64,000 nt of DNA. Source: Phaeosaccion multiseriatum. Its lineage: Eukaryota > Protista > Ochrophyta, other classes. Numbering within the stretch: the first letter of the stretch is position 1; every line of letters begins with the position of its first letter. Below, piece by piece: positions 38,901 through 47,902 of this stretch. The position numbers were made by a program, and so were the translations under genes. The stretch covers positions 2,604,001-2,668,000 of the forward strand of contig OZ218958.1 in NCBI GenBank assembly GCA_965112735.1, read 5' to 3'. The notes under the pieces are model-generated. The model had not been told where the DNA came from and made no database searches. It saw only the letters and a list, made by a program, of their open reading frames with translations.

Positions 38901-41900
38901 GAGCTCCCCTCGGGTAGCCTGGATGTGAATGCCCCCAAGCTGGACGTCAGCATGCCTAGTGTGGACGGCTCGCTTCCCTCGGGTGAGCTGAACGTGGATG
39001 GCTCTCTTCCCTCGGGAGAGCTGCCCTCCGGTAGCGTGGATGTGAATGCCCCCAAGCTGGACGCAGATGGGGACGGCGAGCTCTCCCTCGGACAGAAGGT
39101 GGCGGCGGGTGTGGCTGGACTGGGTGTCGCTGGAGCCGCAGCGCTCTCCTTCGGCGGAAAGGGCGACAAGCCTAGCGTGGACGTGGATGGCTCTCTCCCC
39201 TCGGGTAGCCTGGACGTGAATGCCCCCAAGCTGGACGGCAGCATGCCTGATGTTGACGGCTCGCTTCCCTCGGGTGGCGTGAACGTGGACGGCTCGCTTC
39301 CCTCTGGAGAGCTCCCCTCGGGTAGCCTGGACGTGAATGCCCCCAAGCTGGACGGCAGCATGCCTGATGTTGACGGCTCTCTTCCCTCTGGAGAGCTCCC
39401 CTCTGCCAGCCTGGATGTGAATGCCCCCAAGCTGGACGGCAGCATGCCTAGCGTGGACGGCTCGCTTCCCTCGGGTGGTGTGAACGTGGACGGCTCGCTT
39501 CCCTCGGGGGAGCTGCCCTCGGGTAGCCTGGACGTGAATGCCCCCAAGGTGGACGGCAGCATGCCGAACGTTGACGGCTCGCTTCCCTCGGGTGGCGTGG
39601 ACGTGGACGGCTCTCTTCCCTCGGCAGAGCTCCCCTCGGGTAGTGTGGATGGGAAGGACCCCAAGCTCTCTGGCGACATGAAGGCCGCTATGGCGGGTGT
39701 AGCGGGAGGGCTGACGGCAGCTGGAGTGGCGGTCGGAGGTGAGAGCGAAGGTCCTTGTCAACGTTAGGCATTGTAATGACGTGCCTTCCTTTATCGCTCC
39801 ATTACCCTTTCTTCTAACTTCTGTGCGTTGCTTGCTTCTTCTGTTCTCTCCAGTGAGCGGCACAGACGGCGGCAAGAAGGGCAAGAAGAAGGGCAAGGGC
39901 ATGTTCAAGGGTGAGTGCGGGCGCCTTGTCTCAAGTTCTCACACTTCTCTATTGAAGAGGTGTAATGCGAGAGCTGCTTACCTTTGTGCGGATGTGGAAG
40001 TAATGTGCCTTTGGTCTCACGTCGGAGCGTTGCCTTATGGTGCCCCATTTCGTTTGCACCGTTTCTGCACTCCTCAGGCATGTTCGGCTCAAGCACGAAG
40101 AAGCTGAAGGTTCCTGAGGCGGATGCCTCTGTGGACGCCCCTGACGCCTCTGTGGACGTCAGCATGCCTGACGTTGATGGCTCACTTCCCTCGGCTGGTC
40201 TGAACGTGGATGGCTCGCTTCCCTCGGGAGAGCTCCCCTCGGGTAGCGTGGATGTCAATGCGCCCAAGCTGGACGGCAGCATGCCTGATGTTGACGGCTC
40301 GCTTCCCTCCGGTGGCGTGAACGTGGATGGCTCTCTTCCCTCTGGAGAGCTCCCCTCGGGTAGCCTGGACGTGAACGCCCCCAAGCTGGACGGCAGCATG
40401 CCTAGCGTGGACGGCTCGCTTCCCTCGGGTGGCTTGAATGTGGATGGCTCCATCCCCTCGGGTAGCCTGGACGTGAATGCGCCCAAGCTGGACGGCAGCA
40501 TGCCTAGCGTGGACGGCTCGCTTCCCTCGGGTGACGTGAACGTGGATGGCTCGCTTCCCTCTGGAGAGCTCCCCTCGGGTAGCCTGGATGTGAATGCCCC
40601 CAAGCTGGACGGCAGCATGCCTAGCGTGGACGGATCGCTTCCCTCGGGTGACGTGAACGTGGATGGCTCGCTTCCCTCTGGAGAGCTCCCCTCTGCCAGC
40701 CTGGATGTGAATGCGCCCAAGCTTGACGGCAGCATGCCTAGCGTGGACGGATCGCTTCCCTCGGGAGAGCTGAACGTGGATGGCTCTCTTCCCTCGGGAG
40801 AGCTCCCCTCGGGCAGCGTGGACGGGAAGGACCCCAAGCTCTCTGGCGACATGAAGGCCGCTATGGCGGGTGTAGCGGGAGGGCTGACGGCAGCTGGAGT
40901 GGCACTTGGAGGTGCGTACGAAGGTTCAGTCTGTCATTTACCTTTCCGGTTCGCCATTGGGCTTTTGACTGCGAACTGAGTGTCCTGAATGCACAGCGTT
41001 TGTAGGGAATCATGTGGGCGTAAAGCTGATGGCTTCCTTCTTTCCCTCCTGCGTTTCTGACCTCTTTCCTCTCTCTCTCCTCTCTTTCGTACTGTAGTGA
41101 GCGGCGACGCTGACGCGCCCTCTGTGGAAGTTCCCAAGAAGGAGAGCACGGGATTCTTCGGAGGTGAGGAGGGCAGAGGCATCGAAGTGGAGTTTTGTCT
41201 TGTGGATGCCAAGATGGCTGATGTATCACGCTCGATGTCGCGCATTTTCTCTCTCTGCTCGATGGATCTGCTTGGGTCGCTCGGATTCTTATCTCTTCTC
41301 GTTGATGCTCCTCTCGTCTGTGCTCCACTCCACAGGTCTGTTCGGAGGCAAGAAGGACACCAAGGTCCCGGATGCCTCTGTGGACGTGGACGCTCCCAAG
41401 CTCTCTGTGGACGGCAGCATGCCTGAGGTTGACGGCTCGCTCCCCTCAGGTACCCTCGACGTGGATGCCCCCAAGCTCTCTGTGGACGGCAGCATGCCTA
41501 GCGTGGATGGCTCGCTTCCCTCGGGTGGCGTGAACGTGGACGGCTCCCTTCCCTCTGGAGAGCTCCCCTCTGCCAGCCTGGATGTGAATGCGCCCAAGCT
41601 GGACGGCAGCATGCCTAGCGTGGACGGCTCGCTTCCCTCGGGTGGCCTGAACGTGGATGGCTCGCTTCCTTCGGGAGAGCTCCCCTCGGGCAGCGTGGAC
41701 GTGAATGCGCCCAAGCTGGACGGCAGCATGCCTGATGTTGACGGCTCGCTTCCCTCGGGTGGCCTGAACGTGGATGGCTCGCTTCCCTCTGGAGAGCTCC
41801 CCTCGGGTAGCCTGGACGTGAATGCCCCCAAGCTGGACGGCAGCATGCCTAGCGTGGACGGCTCGCTTCCCTCGGGAGAGCTGAACGTGGATGGCTCCCT

Positions 41901-44900
41901 TCCCTCGGGAGAGCTCCCCTCGGGCAGCGTGGACGGGAAGGACCCCAAGCTCTCTGGCGACATGAAGGCCGCTATGGCGGGTGTAGCAGGAGGGCTGACG
42001 GCAGCTGGAGTGGCACTTGGAGGTGCGTACGAAGGTTCAGTCTTTCATTTACCTTTCCGGTTCGCCATTGGGCTTTTGACTGCGAACTGGGTGTCCTGAA
42101 TGCACAGCGTTTGTAGGGAATCATGTGGGCGGAAGAGCTGAGCTTCCCTCTTTCCCTCCTGCGTTTCTGACCTCTTTCCTCTCTCTCTCCCCTCTTTCGC
42201 ACTGCAGTGAGCGGCGACGCTGACGCGCCCTCTGTGGAAGTTCCCAAGAAGGAGAGCACGGGATTCTTCGGAGGTGAGGAGGGCAGAGGCATCGAAGTGG
42301 AGTTTTGTCTTGCGTGCCAAGGTGGCTGATGTATCACGCTCGAACTTTCACAGCTCGCTGCGATCGCGCATTTTCTCTCCCTCTGCTTGATGGTCTGCTT
42401 GGGTCGCCCGGTTTCTTATCTCTTCTCGTTGATGCTCCTCTCGTCTGTGCTCCACTCCACAGGTCTGTTCGGAGGGAAGAAGGACACCAAGGTCCCGGAT
42501 GCCTCTGTGGACGTGGACGCTCCCAAGCTCTCTGTGGACGGCAGCATGCCTGAGGTTGACGGCTCGCTCCCCTCAGGTACCCTCGACGTGGATGCCCCCA
42601 AGCTCTCTGTGGACGGCAGCATGCCTAGCGTAGATGGCTCGCTTCCCTCTGGTGGGCTGAACGTGGACGGCTCTCTTCCCTCTGGAGAGCTCCCCTCGGG
42701 TAGCCTGGATGTGAATGCGCCCAAGCTGGACGGCAGCATGCCTGATGTTGACGGCTCGCTTCCCTCGGGCGGCCTGAATGTTGATGGACTCTCTCTTCCC
42801 TCGGGAGAGCTCCCCTCGGGTAGCCTGGACGTGAACGCCCCCAAGCTGGACGGCAGCATGCCTAGCGTGGACGGCTCGCTTCCCTCGGGTGGCCTGAACG
42901 TGGATGGCTCTCTTCCCTCTGGAGAGCTCCCCTCGGGTAGTGTGGATGTGAATGCCCCCAAGCTGGACGGCAGCATGCCTAGCGTGGACGGCTCGCTTCC
43001 CTCGGGCGGCCTGAACGTTGATGGACTCTCTATTCCCTCGGGAGAGCTCCCCTCGGGTAGCCTGGATGTGAATGCCCCCAAGCTGGACGGCAGCATGCCT
43101 GATGTTGACGGCTCGCTTCCCTCGGGTGGCCTGAACGTGGATGGCTCCCTTCCCTCGGGAGAGCTCCCCTCGGGTAGCGTGGACGTGAATGCGCCCAAGC
43201 TGGACGGCAGCATGCCTAGCGTGGACGGCTCGCTTCCCTCGGGTAGCCTTAACGTCGATGGCTCCCTTCCCTCGGGAGAGCTGCCCTCGGGTAGCGTGGA
43301 CGTGAATGCCCCCAAGCTGGACGCTGACGGGGACGGCAAGCTCTCGCTTGGACAGAAGGTGGCGGCGGGTGTGGCTGGACTGGGTGCCGCTGGAGCCGCA
43401 GCGCTCTCCTTCGGCGGAAAGGGCGACAAGCCTAGCGTGGACGTGGATGGCTCTCTCCCCTCGGGTAGCCTGGACGTGAATGCCCCCAAGCTGGACGGCA
43501 GCATGCCTGATGTTGACGGCTCTCTTCCCTCGGGCGGCGTGAACGTGGATGGCTCTCTTCCCTCTGGAGAGCTGCCCTCGGGTAGCCTGGACGTGAATGC
43601 CCCCAAGCTGGACGGCAGCATGCCTGATGTTGACGGCTCTCTTCCCTCGGGTGGCCTGAATGTGGACGGCTCTCTTCCCTCTGGGGAGCTGCCCTCGGGT
43701 AGCGTCGACGTGAATGCCCCCAAGCTGGACGGCAGCATGCCTGATGTTGACGGCTCGCTTCCCTCTGGTAGCCTGAACGTGGATGGCTCCCTTCCCTCGG
43801 GAGAGCTGCCCTCGGGTAGCCTGGACGTGAATGCCCCCAAGCTGGACGGCAGCATGCCTAGCGTGGACGGATCGCTTCCCTCTGGTGGCCTTAACGTGGA
43901 TGGCTCCCTTCCCTCGGGAGAGCTGCCCTCGGGTAGCGTGGACGTGAATGCCCCCAAGCTGGACGCTGACGGGGACGGCAAGCTCTCGCTTGGACAGAAG
44001 GTCGCGGCGGGTGTGGCTGGACTGGGTGCCGCTGGAGCCGCAGCGCTCTCCTTCGGCGGAAAGGGCGACAAGCCTAGCGTGGACGTGGATGGTTCTCTCC
44101 CCTCGGGTAGCTTGGACGTGAATGCCCCCAAGCTGGACGGCAGCATGCCTGATGTTGACGGCTCGCTTCCCTCGGGTGGCGTGAACGTGGACGGCTCTCT
44201 TCCCTCGGGAGAGCTCCCCTCGGGTAGCCTGGATGTGAATGCCCCCAAGCTGGACGGCAGCATGCCTGATGTTGACGGCTCGCTTCCCTCGGGTAGCCTG
44301 AACGTGGATGGCTCTCTTCCCTCGGGAGAGCTGCCCTCGGGTAGCCTGGACGTGAATGCCCCCAAGCTGGACGGCAGCATGCCCAGCGTGGACGGATCGC
44401 TTCCCTCTGGTAGCCTGAACGTGGATGGCTCCCTTCCCTCGGGAGAGCTGCCCTCGGGTAGCGTGGACGTGAATGCCCCCAAGCTGGATGCTGACGGGGA
44501 CGGCAAGCTCTCGCTTGGACAGAAGGTGGCGGCGGGTGTGGCTGGACTGGGTGCCGCTGGAGCCGCAGCGCTCTCCTTCGGCGGAAAGGGCGACAAGCCT
44601 AGCGTGGACGTGGATGGCTCTCTCCCCTCGGGTAGCCTGGACGTGAATGCCCCCAAGCTGGACGGCAGCATGCCTGATGTTGACGGCTCTCTTCCCTCGG
44701 GTGGCGTGAACGTGGATGGCTCCCTTCCCTCGGGAGAGCTGCCCTCGGGTAGCCTGGATGTGAATGCCCCCAAGCTGGACGGCAGCATGCCTAGCGTGGA
44801 CGGCTCGCTTCCCTCTGGTAGCCTGAACGTGGATGGCTCTCTTCCCTCGGGAGAGCTGCCCTCGGGTAGCGTGGACGTGAATGCCCCCAAGCTGGACGCT

Positions 44901-46292
44901 GACGGGGACGGCAAGCTCTCGCTTGGACAGAAGGTCGCGGCGGGTGTGGCTGGACTGGGTGCCGCTGGAGCCGCAGCGCTCTCCTTCGGCGGAAAGGGCG
45001 ACAAGCCTAGCGTGGACGTGGATGGCTCTCTCCCCTCGGGTAGCTTGGACGTGAATGCCCCCAAGCTGGACGGCAGCATGCCTGATGTTGACGGCTCTCT
45101 TCCCTCGGGTGGCGTGAACGTGGACGGCTCTCTTCCCTCGGGAGAGCTCCCCTCGGGTAGCCTGGACGTGAATGCCCCCAAGCTGGACGGCAGCATGCCT
45201 AGCGTGGACGGCTCGCTTCCCTCGGGTGGCCTGAATGTGGACGGCTCTCTTCCCTCGGGAGAGCTCCCCTCGGGTAGCCTGGATGTGAATGCCCCCAAGC
45301 TCTCCGCGGACGGCAGCATGCCTAGCGTGGACGGCTCGCTTCCCTCGGGTGACGTGAACGTGGATGGCTCCCTCCCCTCGGGAGAGCTCCCCTCGGGTAG
45401 CGTCGACGTGAACGGTCCCAAGGTCTCTGGAGACGCTGAAGGGCCCTCTTTGGGGCAGAAGATCGGTGCGGGTGTGGCTGGACTGGGTGCCGCCGGAGCC
45501 GCAGCGCTCTCCCTTGGCGGAAAGGGCGACAAGGATCACAGCTTGAGCGGGCCCAATGTAAGTGGGCCCAACGTGTCCACACCCGGCGGTAGCGTCAGCG
45601 GCTTTGGGCCCAACGTGAGCGCAAAGATCGATGCCATCACCAAAAAGTTCCATCCAGAGAAACAGACGCATACGGGCTTCGGTCCCGACGTCGGTATGGA
45701 GCACCCGGCATTCGGTGGGCAGCACTCAGCCCTAGACAAGCCTGGCTACAGTGGGTTCGGGTCTTCTTCGGGCTCCGTGCCTTCGGGCTCTGTTCCCTCG
45801 GGAAGCGTCAAGGCAAGCGTGAAGAAGCCTGCTGTCGGTGGGCACTCAGCCCTAGACACCCCCATGGGCACTCTCCCCTCGGGAAGCATCACTGGACCTA
45901 CCTTGACTCGGCCGGACGGAAGCATCGACACGCCCTCAGGGGATATCTCCGGACCCAGTGTCACCGGGCCGGAAGGCAGCATGGAGACGCCCTCAGTGGG
46001 TCTTCCCAATGTCACCGGCCCCGACGGACGTATCCAGAGTCCTTCCGTGTCTGTCAGCGGCCCCAATGTCGACGGGAAGTACACGGCTCCTTCCGGCTCT
46101 GTGAGTGGGCCCTCTGCAACAGTGTCTGACGTGAAGTATGGAGCAAGTGGCGGCAAGCTGTCTGCCTCTGGTGGTGGCGGTAACGTGGATCTCAAGCCGA
46201 CGACAGGCCATGTAGTCCTGGAGGGACAGCCTCAGCAGACGGCATGCTGCTCTACAGGTCGCTGCAGCTTCAGGGGTTGTGTGATCATGTAA
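26926..46292 (+). CDS. Giant AHNAK/periaxin-like repeat protein, ~4,605 aa, 22 exons; predicted N-myristoylated and C-terminally prenylated (CVIM)
   Basis: Exons 26926-27241, 27710-27892, 28818-29192, 29691-30134, 30623-30682, 30940-31527, 31861-31908, 32207-32974, 33207-33263, 33401-34924, 35026-35082, 35220-36509, 36611-36667, 36805-37908, 38196-38252, 38389-39738, 39854-39910, 40078-40911, 41098-41163, 41336-42022, 42208-42273, 42463-46292. All boundaries GT-AG, all internal exons multiples of 3, total 13,818 nt. Starts MGNESS, ends CCSTGRCSFRGCVIM*. Confidence 0.82.
28140..28730 (+). repeat. Degenerate (CTCA)n microsatellite in intron 2 of the giant gene (similar tract at 29330-29610 in intron 3)
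   Basis: ctcactcactca runs; reverse complement of the (GAGT)n array. Confidence 0.9.
32290..45420 (+). repeat. Coding 117-bp (39-aa) tandem repeat arrays, roughly 70 units spread over 8 exons
   Basis: Unit LDVNAPKLDGSMPSVDGSLPSGGLNVDGSLPSGELPSGS; the 117-bp period is visible e.g. between 33664 and 33781. Variation is mostly synonymous or conservative. Copy number is estimated from exon lengths. Confidence 0.95.
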
Positions 46293-47902
46293 GCAAGAGA
46301 CAAGAGAGAGAGAGATGGAGGGAGAGAGAGGAGGAGGAGAGAGAGAGGAAGAGACAGAGATGGAGATGGAGATAGAGAGAGCGTGCACAGTGCTGAGTGG
46401 ATGGGCTGGACTGGGTGTTTGGACTGACTTGATCAATTGAATTGATTGAGTCTGGTGTACTTTTGTGATGACTTTTGTAGTGGTAGTAGTAGTATGTAGT
46501 GGCAGTAGTGGTGGTGTAGGTTGTTTCGCCCCCTTCCCTTTTCTTTCTTTTTGATCTCTCGCTTTGGAGAGTTTGAGAAACGGGAAGGGCGAGCGTAACA
46601 ACCAGATTCAGTTTCAGGTTCAGTTGGGTGGGGGAAGCAAGGAGGGTTCCGAGCTGGCAGCTTTGGCTCTGGCTTTTTGGGTTTTTGTGTGAGGTGAATT
46701 GGTGTAATAGTACGGTTCGGCGTTAGTGTTCAAAGCGGATGGAGCTCAGCAGGAAAGGGAGGAGCCTTCGGGATGGAGGCTCTTGTCGATAGGTACGCAG
46801 TTACAGAAGCCCTTGGTTGAGGAGGTAAAGCCCACCTTCGAAGGCCATTGGTGCGAAGTGACAAGTGTGGACGTCGATGGGGGCGGGAGCAGTGTGGCGG
46901 TCGATCGAGGCAATGGTATACACGGGTGTGAGAGGGTAAAGCCCGCCTTCTCAAAACTCTTACAAAAGCTTCGGTGGTTGGTCGATCGACGGATTGCGAG
47001 GAATGAGGAGGAGGAAGAGAGAACAGGGAGAGAGAGAGAAGGAGAGAGAGTGTGTGTGAAAGGGGAGCTCATCAGATGGGGTGTGCTTTTATTTAATTTA
47101 ACGTCGCTTCGCCACGGTTGAGGAGGTAAAGCCCACCTTCAAAACCGTGCGCGGTGGTGGCGCAGCAACCATCTGTGAACTGACTTGTCGGAGGCAGTAC
47201 GTGTGTAGTTCTGGAGTCACATACAGTGCTTCGCGAGGGAGGGTACGCCCACTTTCCGTCACGAGAAGACTTGTGTGTGGCGGCAGTTAAACCGCACACG
47301 GGCACGCACACACCGGCAGGGCAGTGAAGAGAGAGAGAAGAGAGCTTTCCCCCATCGTCCTCCAGACGACGTGGATGGATCCTAAGTCCTCCATGGTAAC
47401 AATAATAGACAAGTGCTGAGTCAAAACCTCTGGACGGTGCTGCGAACGTATTACTTTTGTCCATCCAACTGGATCCCCCCAGGTGCTGCAAGCATTACTT
47501 TTGGTCTATCCAACTGGATGTAGGGCGTGTCGAGTATTGTTGTTACCCCTTACCCTCCTCGTTGTCGACTCGCCGTCGAGGTCTTCCATGTCCATACTTC
47601 CTTGTCAAGGCATCAGAATCACTCATCACCAAACGAATGCGGTGGAGCGACCCACGGACACCGCTGCAACCCAACAAACACACCAACCAACCAAGCAAGC
47701 AAGCAAGCAACCAACCACCACACACCCAACCAACCAACGAAGCTCTCAAGAGGCAGGCCGAGCGGTTGCGCACGCGTAGCTCTTGCCCACTCCTTCCTTC
47801 TCCTTCCTCCTACGTAACTACTACGAAGTACTTGTAATAAACAAAAAAACCAATCGTAAAGACACAAAACAAACCTGTGAGTGTGTACCACCAACTGCAC
47901 TA

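Noticed and set aside
32169-45725. Long antisense ORFs (up to 1050 aa) in two frames opposite the giant gene
   Set aside because: These are shadows of a stop-poor 117-bp repeat. Splice signals and synonymous-site variation support only the + frame.
26926-46292. Naming the giant gene AHNAK or PRX
   Set aside because: There is no PDZ domain and the repeat period differs. The similarity is limited to short low-complexity words and may be convergent.
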